Source: Gekko japonicus
Taxonomy: Eukaryota
Assembly (NCBI RefSeq): GCF_001447785.1
Contig: NW_015170278.1
Location: 1,851,144-1,915,143 of the forward strand
Length of the DNA: 64,000 nucleotides
Reading direction: 5' to 3'
Shown here in pieces: positions 1-12,445 of the stretch. The notes beneath the pieces were generated by a model, which saw only the letters and a program-made list of their open reading frames with translations, made no database searches and had not been told where the DNA came from. The translations under genes and the position numbers were made by a program. Position 1 is the stretch's first letter. The number at the start of each line of letters is the position of its first letter.

Positions 1-870
1 CCTTCTCCCCGCTTGCCACCCCTCCCCACGCCAGGGGCGAGGCGGCCCTGCTGCCGAGGAGTCCCTGCTGTGCCTCTCGGAAACTTGCAGGCTGGATGGT
101 CCGGCGCCCCCTGCCCTCCTGCGACAGACGCTAGNNNNNNNNNNNNNNNNNNNNNNNNNNNNNNNNNNNNNNNNNNNNNNNNNNNNNNNNNNNNNNNNNN
201 NTGCCTCCCCCCCACACACAGTGGCTTTGCCATTCTCGGCTTGCCCGCCTTCCTTCACCCCCCCATGGCCCGTTTGGCACGTTGCAGCCGCCCCCCCGTC
301 CCCTTCCCCAGCAGCCACCGTCCGCGCAAAACGGTCTATTTTGGCACCGCCTCCCCCCCCCACACGCCGCCAAAAAAAGAGGGGAGAACTCGCGAAGAGG
401 CCTCACGCTGTTGCAGGGCAGCAGAAGCGCCTGGCTGGCCCCAATTAACACCTTGTGACGCGTCAGCCCTAAAACGGGGGTGCCAGAAGGGCAGGCAGGC
501 AGACAGACAGACAGACAGCCAAGCGGTGAATAAATGCTGCTCATTAAGCTGCTGCTGCTGCCTTTTCCTCCTCGGATGACACCCCGGCCTGCGAGGTGCT
601 CTCTTCTCTCTCCACCTCCAGACCGGCCGGGAGCAAAGGCGAAAGGCGGGCCGGGTCGGCTGCCTCAGTCAGAGCAGCGCTTCTGTGGCGGGGAGGCGGG
701 GGGCGCTGGAGGGCCCCGGACGACGCCCCCCCTCGTTGCAGGCCAGCCGGCGTGGAGGCCACATGGGCAAGACGGGCTGCAGTAGACAGGCCGCACCGGG
801 GATGCACGTGATGTGCGCCTGCAGTGCCGGGTTGCATGTATTTGCGCACAAGGAAGACTCGAGGTAGCAA
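1..870. promoter_or_regulatory. CpG-island-like GC-rich segment (possible edge of a neighbouring promoter or regulatory region)
   Basis: High CpG density, palindrome TGACGCGTCA at 456-465, E-box CACGTG at 805-810. No credible coding frame. Confidence 0.35.
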
Positions 871-939
871 GCAAGCTCTGCCTGAGGCTTTGGAGAACTA
901 CTCCAGATAGAATAGACATTTTTTTATGTTAGATGGACC

Positions 940-1357
940 CAGGGCCGGCTCGCCCGCCCCGGGTGGTGGCCTTGAACTCCTAGGGGCAAATTCCACCTCA
1001 CGTGAGAGGTCATTCTGGTTCCCCCAGCTCTCGTGGGACTCTTTAAAAAGTAATGGCCGCAGGCGGTCGAGAAGTGGGCTCCCTGCAGCGGGGCGCCCGG
1101 CGCCTGCTCTTTACACAAGATGGAGGGGGGGTGGGGGGCACCCTCGGCACCCTCTCAGGGGATTGCCGGGGGTCTCTTTGGAGAGGGAGTGGGGGGCAGC
1201 AGGCGCTCTCTCCAGGCCCCTGGTGTCACTCTGTCTCTCTCCCCCACCCCAGGCAGCCAGCTGGGAGGTCTCCAGGCCCCACCGGGAGGTTGGCATCTGA
1301 GGGGGGCGCCACAAGGCAACCTCGCCTAGGGCGCACAAACCCCTAGGGCCGGCCCTG
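940..1357. mobile_element. hAT-like MITE with CAGGGCCGGC terminal inverted repeats
   Basis: CAGGGCCGGC at 940-949 and GCCGGCCCTG at 1348-1357. Flanking 8-mers (gatggacc / attgctgc) do not match. Confidence 0.6.
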
Positions 1358-3300
1358 ATTGCTGCTCCGACTGCAGGGCTGTGGTCGCTGGAACGGAGTC
1401 CGCCGGTTCTGTCGAGGGGCTGGCAGACGGTTGCAGCATAGGCATGATATTGGGGCTATCTGATGTCGCTGGCTCCGATGGTTTGTCTGCTTGTCTCGCT
1501 GGCTGTTCGCTGGCGGCAGGCTGCGCGCTGGCCGCCGGGGTGTTCCTCTCGGGCTCTGGTTCCTGGGGACTGGGCAGCTCCTCGTCACTCTCATCTGGGG
1601 ATGCGGAGGGCAACCCTGGCTTGGCTGTGAGGAGACGGCAGCAGAGCGGGTCGATGTGCCTCCGGAATACCTGGCCGTCCTTGGTTGACACCTCGTAGGA
1701 CAGGGGCCCGGTTACCCTGATAACTTTGGCAGGGATCTACGCTGGGCCTCTGGAGAAGTACCAAGTGTAGACGGGGTCACCTGGGAAGAATCTGCTTGGC
1801 TTTCGGGGGTCAGGCTGTGTTCCAGAGCATGGTCTGGGTGCAGTCTGTCGAGGCGGGTGGTTAGGCGCCTGCCCATGAGGAGTTCTGCGGGGCTACAGCC
1901 GGTCATTGAACACAGGGTTATACATTGGCTGAAAAGGAAAGCTGTGAGCTGGTGATCCCAGTCCCCATGGATGATCCTTCGGAGGGACCCCTTCGTAATC
2001 CTCACCATCCTTTCCGCTTGGCCATTGGTTGCTGGGTGGAAGGGAGCGGAGCAGATGTACCTGATTGAGTAGCGGCCCATGAACTCCTGGAACTCGCCCA
2101 AGGTGAAGGCCATCCCGTTGTCCGTCACAACAGTGTCAGGTATGCCATGGGTGCAGAAGGCCCGCTGCAGGGTGCGGATTGCTGCTTGGGATGAGGTGGA
2201 GCTTACCAGAACCACTTCCAGCCATTTAGTGTAGGAGTCCACTAGAATGAAGACAATCTGTCCCTGGAAGGGTCCCAAAAAGTCAAGGTGAAGCCGGGAC
2301 CATGGTTTGTGTGTGGACTCCCACTGATGCACTGTGGTCCTGGGGGGCTCTGGTTGGGTTTCTTGGCATGCCTCACAGTGCCTTACACAGTCCTCTAGTT
2401 CGCTGTCCAGGCCAGGCCACCATACATAGCTGCGGGCCAGCGCCTTCATACGTACAATTCCCGGGTGCATTTTGTGTAGCACCGCTAGTACTTGTTGGCA
2501 CAGCGGGGCGGGCACCACCACCCAGCTTCCCCACAGCAGGCAGCCCTTGTGAGCTGACAGCTCATCCTAGCGGGAGGAGAAAGCCGTGAATTCTGGGACC
2601 GGATAGGCGTGGTCCTGTAGGGCCTTGTTTATGGTGCATTTCTAATCTGCACATATGTGGATGTCGCCATTGGGCTTAACAGGGGTCACGATGGGGGTCT
2701 CCCAGAGAGCATGCGGCATGGGATCCAGAACCCCTTGGGCCACCAGGCAATCCAGCTCCCTGTCTATCTTGGACTTAAAGGTGAACGGGACGCACCTGGC
2801 CTTCATATGGATGGGCAGCACTGCCAGGTAAAGATTTAGGGAGATGGGCGGACCGGTGTAACGACCAAGAGTTCCATCGAAGATAGCAGGGAACTCCTTG
2901 GACACGGTATGAAAATCAGTAGACCACATATGATGCACCCCCGTCACTCCGAATCCCAAGGGTGCGAACCACGACAGTCCCAGTAAGCTGGTGAGCCGCG
3001 CTTCCACCACCACCAAGTCCAAAAGTCCCTTAAAGTTCTTGTACTGCACATGGAATTTCCCCCACCCTTTAATGGCCACCGGGTTCTTTTGAAAGTCTCT
3101 GAGGGTGAAGCCAGCGGGTCTCAGGTGGGGACCCCCCTGCGGACAGAGCCTCCTGAGAGTCTCCATCTCGCAGGGCATTCCTTCAATTAACAGAGTCACT
3201 TTAATCTTATCAGGGGTGTCCCGGGGCAAATTTAGTACCTGGTGTTGGTGGACTGCGGTTGTGTGAAGCTCCGCTGGTTCCTGGTAGGTGGCAGAATGTC
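1358..3300 (-). mobile_element. Internally deleted Ty3/Gypsy retrotransposon pol remnant (gag end, protease, RT start, integrase)
   Basis: ORF 1712-2521 has the H-H-C-C zinc motif (HKMHPGIVRMKALARSYVWWPG...CEAC) and an rve core (LHLDF, TDNG, NGQAERMV). ORF 2642-3229 is protease-like plus the RT N-terminus (WETPIVTPVKPNGDIHICAD). Stops and frameshifts present. Confidence 0.92.
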
Positions 3301-3501
3301 TCCAGATTAAACTGAAGACAGCTCTAGCAGGAGCTTAAATGCATGCAAAACACCACACCCAACACACACACACTCCCCGTGATAGGCTATTTACATAAGA
3401 ACTGCTGTTCTATAGGTTCCTTCCAGGATCCTGGCTACCTATTGTTTAGTAACCCCAAGCTAGGTCCTTCACAGAGTCCTGTTCAGGCTCAGTACATAAC
3501 A
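3301..3501 (-). mobile_element. Partial LTR, probably the 5' LTR of the Gypsy element
   Basis: Minus strand begins TGTTATGTACTGAG at 3501. Similar to the solo LTR at 46111-46714 (shared gcatgcaaa..caccacaccc..gataggctatttacat..ctgttcag.ctca.tacataaca). Confidence 0.6.
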
Positions 3502-3984
3502 CATTAGAAACCAAGATGGTTGCGTAGAGGATCAGGTGGCTGGAAGGGGCAGATTTAGACTGCTGGCATACAGGTAAACCACTAAACAGGGAGGAAGCAG
3601 AATTCCAGCAAAATCTCTAAGCAGGAAGTTATAGTAGCAGTCCCAGAGAAGTAGGGAGAGAGCTGGAAAACTGACCTCATCCACAGATTGAAGATTTATC
3701 ACACTCCAGTATTGGAACTTGATGCCTGTGGTTAGGCTAACTGTTCCCTAGCAGAGTTGCATCTGTCTAAGCCCATTGACTTCAATGTACTTGCAGGGGT
3801 GTATCTCTGCTCAGAAGGATGGCACTGCAAGACACCCAGGGCAGAAACACACACTGCAGACTGGGGTGCTAAGCATGCCGGGGATTACTTTAGACCTGAC
3901 ACCTAGACTGGAGAGGATCTGGAGATGGCTGTGCCCTGCATCATGTTCTAGGGTACCTGCCACACCCTTCCTATCCACTAAAGT

Positions 3985-4202
3985 TAGGGTTGCCAACCTC
4001 CAGGCGGTGGCTGGTGCTCTCCCTGAATTACAACTGATCTCCAGACAACAGAGGTCAATCCCCCTGGAGAAAATGGCTGCTTTGGAGGGTGGACTTTATG
4101 GCATTATATCCAGTTGAGGTCCCTCCCCTCCCCAAACTTTACCCTGCCCAGTCTCCATGCCCAAATCTCCAGAAATTTCTTAAACTTGAGTTGGCAAACT
4201 TA
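3985..4202 (+). mobile_element. hAT-type MITE of the TAGGGTTGCCA family
   Basis: TAGGGTTGCCA...TGGCAAACTTA termini and 8-bp TSD actaaagt/accaaagt. Further family copies near 10715, 11265-11705, 14490-14850, 15298-15510, 40165-40380, 52238-53150 and 54587. Confidence 0.7.
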
Positions 4203-4394
4203 ACCAAAGTATTTGGAGCTACTCTGGCACAGCAGTCTGGTAAAACAGAAATGTCACATGCTGTTGAAAAGGCTTCTGTCAATCCAGAAATGTGGAGTTT
4301 AAACAAATGCTCTGCCCATGAAATACTGATGCACCGAGTTGCTTGGGGCAGGGTTTCTAAATCAGGATCCTTTTCATGCTTGGCTAAAACAGTC

Positions 4395-4590
4395 ATGGGT
4401 CCAGCCTACCCAGTCTCATCAGACCTCAGAAGCTAAGCAGGGCTGGCCCTGGTTAATATTTAGATGAGAGACCACCATGGAATACCAGGGCTGCTAAGGG
4501 AAGGCAGACAATGGCAAACCATCTCTGAATGCCTGTTGCCTTGAAAACCCCTATGGGGGTCGCCATAAGTCAGCTGCAACTTGACAGCAA
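4395..4590 (+). mobile_element. 5S rRNA-derived SINE (5S head plus RTE-like tail)
   Basis: cagtctcatcagacctcagaagctaagcagggctggccctggttaatatttagatgagagacc resembles 5S rRNA. Tail gtcgccataagtcagctgcaacttgacagc followed by an A-run. Confidence 0.7.
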
Positions 4591-5227
4591 AAAAGGAAAA
4601 AAGGGGGGGGAAACTTGACAGCAAAAAAGGAAAAAAGGGGAAAAAAGCAGTCATGGAAGGGACGATTAACACCTCTAAGTGTAACAGCTCTAAGAGGGTG
4701 GTTTTTACTGATAATTAATCTGTCAACATAATGGCTGAGTCCCCAAAGAGGGGAGAATAGTACAGGAAATCACCTTTGCTCTTGTCAGCAGTTTGGTATG
4801 CTTCACCATGGTCCCCTCAGTTCAATTTACTAAACCTTTAAATGGGAAGATGGAGAATTTTGTTATTTGCAAGGGTTGCCTGGCTTACAAAATACTTCTA
4901 AAAGCCATGTGGGTAACTTGACATGCTCTGTCATTGCTGGTATCCATCTTTTGATGTTTGCAAAAGTGGAAGCAGTCAACAGAGTCTTATCAAGCCATGA
5001 GCGATTCCCTTGGTTCCGCTCCATTATTGTTTCACTGTTGTATTGGATCTTAGGTTCTTTGGATATTTTTCAGCATGAAAATTGATAATGGAGTGTGTGT
5101 GTGTGTGCAGGAGGAGGTACTTATTCCTTTAATTATTAAAAATAGATTTATCTATCTTACTTAACTGGCTTCCTTGAAAGAAAACACTTTTTCTTAATTT
5201 CTGTTGCATCTCTCTCTCTCTCTCTCT

Positions 5228-5741
5228 CTTTTTTAGCCCCCGGAGGGGATTTTTTATTATTTTTTATCACACTACAAAACTACTACAGAAAAAAAAGGGG
5301 GGAAGGGGGGACTACATATATAGGATAAAGCAATAGAACCCACTACTAACTAAAACCCCAAGAGAGGAGATCCTCATTAGCTTAGTTACAACAAATCTTC
5401 ACTTCATTTAGGTTATTATAAACTGAGTCAAACATTCATATTACTTTCTTTTTCTTTAACTCTTAAATTTAACTGTCTAGGAACAGTACCCCCAATCATC
5501 CCATTCCAGAGTTCTCAAAGGCATAATTCAGAGTCCTTCAGCCTTCACTTCTCCTTTCCTCGTCTCTTCCGCAGCTTATAAGGACTTTTTGGAGCGGCTG
5601 CCCCTTGCTCTGCCAGAGAGTCCTCTCTGGAAGAACCTGAGTCCAGCTCGCCACTAGACTTGCTGTCCTCTTCTTTTTTCCCATCCTCTGGTCTTCCCAG
5701 CTGAACCCTTAGGAATTCTTGAGCTTTCAGAACAGAGTCAA
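5228..5741 (-). mobile_element. 5'-truncated ORF1-only L1 derivative (half-L1-like), subfamily A
   Basis: C-terminus DSVLKAQEFL...EQGAAAPKSPYKLRKRRGKEK is nearly identical to the 19224-19769 ORF. It is followed directly by a ~300-nt 3'UTR, AATAAA and poly(A). Confidence 0.75.
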
Positions 5742-6393
5742 CCCAGGGATTTCTCAACCTGAACCTGGAGTTGGCTTCCCTAACAGTAATATGCTTTGAA
5801 CATTTTAAAGTGCTATCTAAGTCTTACATACTACCATTACCAATTATATTTGAATATTTAAGAACAGAGGGCTGCTGCTGCTTTTGATTGTCTCTCTGTA
5901 CTTTATTAGGAAATGACTCTGAAGTATGTATTTGGCTCATGTGCTCATGCCCATTTTGGCTTCCCCACGTATCGCAGCAGTACAGTTAATTTAGACATCA
6001 CATGAATGGAGCTGAATGTTGATACAGGATAATGGTCTCCTCCTGCTGCTACACAAAGCCATGACATTTGTTTTTGACGCAGAAGACATAAGGCCTTGTG
6101 ACAATGTCCTTTTACATCTATGTCATCAATTTCATATTTTTTTTTTTTTTTAGAAGCAGAGCAACAACTGTTCTGAGAGTTTCTTGAAATGTCTCATTTT
6201 CACTTCCTGATAACTGGTATGACTGCATTGAAGGATCCAGCAGCATTTCCACTTAAAGCAAGTGTACCAGTTCAGAGCCCCAGGGCTAATTTCTCTTCTA
6301 CTGGTGCTGTTAATTATTGACTGAAATGGTTCCAAACGAGGGGATTTACCTCCCCCCCCCCCCACCTTTTTTTTTTTAAATCAAATTCAATTT

Positions 6394-7067
6394 NNNNNNN
6401 NNNNNNNNNNNNNNNNNNNNNNNNNNNNNNNNNNNNNNNNNNNNNNNNNNNNNNNNNNNNNNNNNNNNNNNNNNNNNNNNNNNNNNNNNNNNNNNNNNNN
6501 NNNNNNNNNNNNNNNNNNNNNNNNNNNNNNNNNNNNNNNNNNNNNNNNNNNNNNNNNNNNNNNNNNNNNNNNNNNNNNNNNNNNNNNNNNNNNNNNNNNN
6601 NNNNNNNNNNNNNNNNNNNNNNNNNNNNNNNNNNNNNNNNNNNNNNNNNNNNNNNNNNNNNNNNNNNNNNNNNNNNNNNNNNNNNNNNNNNNNNNNNNNN
6701 NNNNNNNNNNNNNNNNNNNNNNNNNNNNNNNNNNNNNNNNNNNNNNNNNNNNNNNNNNNNNNNNNNNNNNNNNNNNNNNNNNNNNNNNNNNNNNNNNNNN
6801 NNNNNNNNNNNNNNNNNNNNNNNNNNNNNNNNNNNNNNNNNNNNNNNNNNNNNNNNNNNNNNNNNNNNNNNNNNNNNNNNNNNNNNNNNNNNNNNNNNNN
6901 NNNNNNNNNNNNNNNNNNNNNNNNNNNNNNNNNNNNNNNNNNNNNNNNNNNNNNNNNNNNNNNNNNNNNNNNNNNNNNNNNNNNNNNNNNNNNNNNNNNN
7001 NNNNNNNNNNNNNNNNNNNNNNNNNNNNNNNNNNNNNNNNNNNNNNNNNNNNNNNNNNNNNNNNNNN
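6394..7067. other. Assembly gap (others at 135-201, 20677-21003, 35479-36012)
   Basis: Runs of N. Confidence 1.
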
Positions 7068-8424
7068 ATTCAGTTACAACATCAAAGACAAATTAGCAAT
7101 AAGAAGGATCTTTATTCAGTACAGAGCACAGCAAACAGACTAGGAGATTACAAAATAACAAAGGCTAGGGCAATTTGCCTTAACTACACATTGAAGATAC
7201 ATAGTTACCACATCAGGAACATCCACAGTCCAGAATAGTCCAAGGGATTTTGAATGGAAACCCCATTTTTGCACAACCTTGTGCTCCAGTTCACAAAGCA
7301 ACTCTTTGTCTCTCAAGAGGCCGCATTCCTGGTGCAATAAAACAGACAATGACCAGAGGAGGAAGGGAGAACAAGAGCAAGAGCAAGAGAGCTCACTCCC
7401 ATAGGGATCAAACAATTATACCCCAATTCCAGTCACAAATTCGATGTGGCCATCAGTCAATTGCGAGTGGGCATGGGTGTGCCCAATTGTTGGTTGCCAT
7501 GGTTGCTAACATCAGGTTTGTGGGATTGGCTGGAAGTTTGGAGACCCTGCCTGCAGTCAGCTGACCCAAACTCCAGCTACTTCATTGTGTACACGACTTG
7601 TCGCATGTGGGCCAGAAAGTGTAGCCATGAGGTCTGGCTTTTGGCATGAAAGTGTGAAAGAATGTGGGTTTATGGCATGGCTATTGAGGCCATGTGGCCT
7701 CACCATTTGGCTTGCAACAGGAAATAAGACACAGCATGTTATCAAAAGACATCACAGGAGAAGGCATGTGAATATAGAAGCAATATTTCTATACAGGGAC
7801 AAAGCTTCAATTAAGTATCACAATTGAGACAGCAGACATAATTGAAAAGGCCAATCTTACTGCAAACAACCCCAAATGTGTTTTTCAATAGAGACAGTTT
7901 AGTTAGTCCCATGATGGGGGGGTGTCTCGTGGTTTGGATAAATGTTAAAGTAGGTAAGGTGATCTCTTTTATTGGACTGACATTGGTTAATTAGATTTTG
8001 CCACAATAACTCCCCTGACGCTGGTCTAATAAAAGGCATTATATTTCTTGTTTTATGCTGAAGCTGCATGTTTTTGTTGTGAATTGCTCACAGAATGAGG
8101 GCTGAAGAAGTCATTACCTGCAAATGTGTGTATCTCACTCTAGACAACTTTCTCCCTGCAAAAAGCTTCAGGAGGGGTTATAATACGAACAGTGGGAGGT
8201 GTGTTTATGTCCCCATCTGTTTGCCAGAGCAAGTGAAACTGTCAAAGAGATAGAAATGATCACCCACGCAATGATCTCTCTGTTGAATTAAGTGTGGCTT
8301 ACTTCTTGGTAAGATTGCTTAGGGTTGCAGTTGATCCATTTTACTGTGTTTCCAGTTACATGTGTCGTAGAATGGGGTAGAACGGACAATAGCACTGGAG
8401 AAGGAACAGAAGAGTTTCCAACCC

Positions 8425-8730
8425 CCTGCACAATGCAGGAAATTCACAAATACCTCTCCCCACACACCCCCGCAGTGACCGCTGTTCCACACCCAGAAGA
8501 TGTTTTAAAAAAAACCCTCCAGGATCCCTGGCCAAATTGGCCTGGAGAAAAATTGCTTCCTGGCCCCATAGTGGCGATCAGCATTTCCCTGGGCGTGTAA
8601 AAAAGGGCTACAAGAACTAAACACTGATGCAACCGTTCCTGCCCTCCCTTCTCGTGATTTGCCTAAGTTCACAGAATCACATTGTTTTTAAATGGCCTTC
8701 TAGCCTCTATCTGAAAACCTCCAAAGAAGG
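8425..8730 (-). mobile_element. CR1 LINE 3'UTR fragment
   Basis: Reverse complement matches the 3'UTR of the CR1 copy at 58800-59060. Confidence 0.75.
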
Positions 8731-8967
8731 ACATTGTAAAAAAAAAAAAAGGCTGGATATATCGTGGGGAACAGCATGGTTGCCACCATTTCAAAGGTTC
8801 TCCGATCCTCCTTAGTTGCCAACTAAGAAAATGGCTGGCAAAGATTCCCACAGAATCCTAATTAAAATAGTATTCCGTTTGTGATTGTCAAACTGAATAC
8901 ACCAATTCATAACAATGTTATTCAATGATTATGATGCATGCTAAATGGAAATACTGCACATGTCGAG

Positions 8968-9245
8968 TGTTATGGACGTGGACCGCCACCAGGGGTCCGC
9001 GGCTACAGTCAAGAGCTTAGCTCCTCCAGACAATAGGAACTTAGGATCCTAGTTCCCCCAGCATGAACCAATAGGAACTTTGGCGGGAAATTCAAACCCT
9101 CCCATGGGACTGTGGGTGTGCTGGGTGGGTGCGTATATAGTTGTCCTTGCATGGCCGTTTTGCAGTTCCAGTGTTAAGTACAATAAACGTGTGCAAGGGC
9201 ATGTCGTTGTCCGAGTCCTCCATGCGGCAAACCCAGTACTTTTCA
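8968..9245 (+). mobile_element. Solo LTR (Gypsy-type)
   Basis: TG...CA termini with CCAAT, TATATA and AATAAA in order. 5-bp TSD tcgag/tcaag (one CpG-type transition). 3' end aacccagtac.. resembles the other solo LTR. Confidence 0.75.
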
Positions 9246-9802
9246 TCAAGTTTCCATGATTATCAAATCAATTATATAATTCCATTATTTTCAGATGTTT
9301 AAAAGACTGAATTGTCATCAAAAACACACTGGGAGCTATGAGGGGGAGGGGAGAATGAAGAAACAATACAAACACAAGGCGACAAAATCTACCGACAAAA
9401 TAAAAAATGAACTGAAAGGAACTTAATGGATGGGTAATTGCATGGAGAAAGTTACATTAAACCTGACTGCTCATTTTGTCCCTGTGTTCTAACACAGCAA
9501 TATGATTAAGTTAAAAAAAAAACATTGTCATAACACAATCCAAATAACCCGGGGCAACAGCAGGCTGAAACCGGGCTGACCACTGAAGGGAGGTAATGTA
9601 ATGCAGAATGGGGGGGAAATCCGGAATAAAAAGAAGGTTGAACTTGATTTTAGTGCAGAATAGAGGGGAAACCTGGATTAAAAAGAAGGTTGAGTTTGAT
9701 TTTAGTGCAGAATTGCTTGGAGGGCGCTGTGGTGAACATGGATTAAAAGTAGAGTGCAGAAGGGGCCTGAGGGAGGGTGCTGGCATACCACAGTTAACCC
9801 AG

Positions 9803-10329
9803 ATTCAGGTTGATTAGGGAACATGTACTCAAATTAGCTCAAGTGTGTGTGGTAGTGGGTGCATACAACTAGCTTACCTTGAATTAAAATGTTTGAAACT
9901 CAGCATGCATTAATCTTTTCTGCAGGATGACACAGGCTGTGAGAACAGGCTCTATGAAACAGGCATCACATTCATTCTGGAGTTTGGTTTCTCCCCCGAC
10001 GATCTGGGCCACGCCCCCAACGTGAGCGATGTGGCTGCGTCACCTCTGGTGACGCAGCTTCGGGGGCGGAGTTCCCCCCGGGGCCCGATTCCGCCACGAC
10101 GGAAATCGGGCCTCCAAAGTGGGGGTTTCCCCGCCCCCACTTGGCAGCCCTAATTCAGGTTGATTAGGGAACATGTGCTAGCTCAAGTGTGTGTGGTAGT
10201 GGGTGCATACAACTAGCTTACCTTGAATTAAAATGTTTGAAACTCAGCATGCGTTAATCTTTTCTGCAGGATGACACAGGCTGTGAGAACAGGCTCTATG
10301 AAACAGGCATCACATTCATTCTGGAGTTT
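9803..10329. repeat. ~180-bp direct duplication (9803-9985 and 10153-10329) flanking half of a MITE
   Basis: The copies differ by a small indel and a few substitutions. The spacer 9986-10152 ends in TGGCAGCCCTA, with only one TIR. Confidence 0.9.
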
Positions 10330-10770
10330 CAGTCTTCAATTGAGACGCTGCGTTGTGTAATGTCCTGCCCCCTTGAAAATAGCTACAGAAGCTGAGTTGC
10401 AGAATGGTGTCCTAAATGTGCACACTAAGTGTCCTTCCAGTATCTCTGTTCAAGACAGATGTCACATTGCATGGTATTTTGCGTTTAATTCCAACCTCTT
10501 GTTATTTAACTAAGTTAGCACACCTCAACTAAACTGACAAATGGTTAAGTCAGATGGTTAATGTCAAATGGTTAAGTTGAACTAAATGCTTGCTTTTACT
10601 CAGCCAAAAAACAGCCAAAACCTCAGCCAAAAACCAAAGGCCTGCCTTTACTCAGCCAGATTTTTAAAAAAATCTTTTGAACCAGCAGGCCAATTAAAGG
10701 GGGTGATATAAACCTAGAGTTGCCAACCTCCAGGTAGGTGCATAGTGTATCATTATTTCATCCTAGTCAG

Positions 10771-11102
10771 TTGAGAATGACAGGAGTACTCCGTCCATGA
10801 ATGTTAGCTGCATAATGTGTCTTTTGTAGGACCGGCCCCCCAAAAAAGCATCCATGCAACTATTAAGGAAACTGTCCCCCTTTTTGGAAGACTTCATGCA
10901 AGGAGAAGCGGGCTTTTAGTTCTGGAAGCTCCCGTTGGGGCTTGACTTTTAAAACACTGATGCAAAATGGTCTGGTAGTTATCAATCTGTATGTACTGAA
11001 TGTTACTGCTTATTAATGAATTACACAGGTGTGAAACCTGTGTAACTGTAAATCGCTCAGAGCCAGCAGCTCTGCCAGATTGAGCGATCAATAAATCGAA
11101 AG

Positions 11103-11133
<31 letters not shown>
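10771..11133 (+). mobile_element. LINE 3' end (L2-like terminal stem-loop, (ATT)n tail)
   Basis: tgtaaatcgctcagag...tgagcgatcaataaat followed by (ATT)n. Confidence 0.5.
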
Positions 11134-11134
<1 letters not shown>

Positions 11135-12219
11135 CCTGACTAGGATGAAATAATGATACACTATGCAATTTACTAAATGATGATTATAAATAGAACACAT
11201 TAGTTTGTTATACGTTTTTTGGAGTGTATATTTATTTGTTGCTAGATTCTCCTAACACTGCAGCTCGGGTTGCTTCAACCTCCAGGTAGGGCCTGGAGGT
11301 CTCCCAGGATTGCAGTTCATCTCCAGACGACAACGATCAGTTTCCATGAAGAAAATGGCTGCTTTGGAGGGTAGACTCTCCAGCATTACAGCAGGGTTGC
11401 CACTCTGGGTTGGGAAATACCTGGCGATATCGGGGATGGAGCCTGAGGAGGGAAGGTTTGGGGGAGAGGAGGGACTTCAATAAGGTATAATGCCATAGCG
11501 CCTGCCTTCCAAAGTGGCCATTTTCTCCAGGTGAACTGACCTCTGTCACCTGGAGATCAGTTGTAGTCTCAGGAGATCTCCAGCCACTAACTGGAGGCTG
11601 GCAACTGCACATTATACTGCAGTCTCTTCCTTCCCCAAATGCTGCCTCTCCCAGGCTCGTCTCCAAAATCTACAGGAATTTCCCAACCCAGAGTTGACAA
11701 CCCTATGCCCACTTTATCACCTTAGTGGGTGTTTGAAAAATGAAAATGAGCAGCGTGTGAGCCCTTCTTTGAAGACTGAAGCCAAGGAGACAAGGATTAG
11801 AAAGGATTCTCTCTCCTCTGGAGATCAGTCACAGTAAGTCAGTTCTAGTTAGTGCTTGCACACAGTTCTGTTGTTGACCTGTGACCTTGAGGTCAGAGGC
11901 TGGCAAATTTAGGGTTTTCAATTAGAGGGTTATATGATTCCGTAAAGCCAGTTTCCAGGCTGCTTTCACTTAATCCCCCCCCCCAAGGGCACTTGTACTT
12001 CCCCCCCCCCAAGGGCACTTTTCTTCCCATTCCATCAGGCCCAAAGCTAGACATTTTACAGTGAGGAGGCAGAAGTGTGTGTGTGTGTGTGGCTGTCATT
12101 AATCATCTTAAAAACAGCAAAACCAAACAAAGTCTGATGTGCTCAACGGTTTCTTAATCTACTAATTTAAACTGAGGTGGATATTAAGTCTCAGGTGCTC
12201 AAGTATTCATGTAGACCCA

Positions 12220-12445
12220 GAATAGCCAGTGTTGTGTTGTGGTTAGAATATCAGACTAGGATCTGGGATCCCTACTTTGCCATGAAAGCTCATAGGGTGG
12301 CCTTGGGCCAGTCAGTTTGTCTCAGCCTAACCCACAGGATTGTTCATGTGAGGATAACAATGGAGGGGGGGGGAGAAATATATAAGTTGCTTCGGGCCTC
12401 CACTGGGGAGGAAAGCAGGCTATAAATGACTAAAGAAACAAATAA
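12220..12445 (+). mobile_element. Squam3-type tRNA SINE
   Basis: A/B-box-like head, gtggccttgggccagtc core, L2-like tail. Similar copies at 13218-13445 (+), 14965-15200 (-), 26000-26465 (-), 39560-39680 (-) and 47480-47800 (-). Confidence 0.7.

Noticed and set aside
13-919. Many overlapping ORFs in the GC-rich start
   Set aside because: Low-complexity Pro/Ala/Arg/Gly translations expected from GC content, with no domain motif or splice structure.
4395-4480. 5S rRNA gene (also near 34820 and 57700)
   Set aside because: Diverged, fused to a LINE-like tail and dispersed: SINE heads, not rRNA genes.
7140-7830. Cluster of short ORFs after the gap
   Set aside because: Possibly a decayed LINE, but no diagnostic motif could be pinned down.
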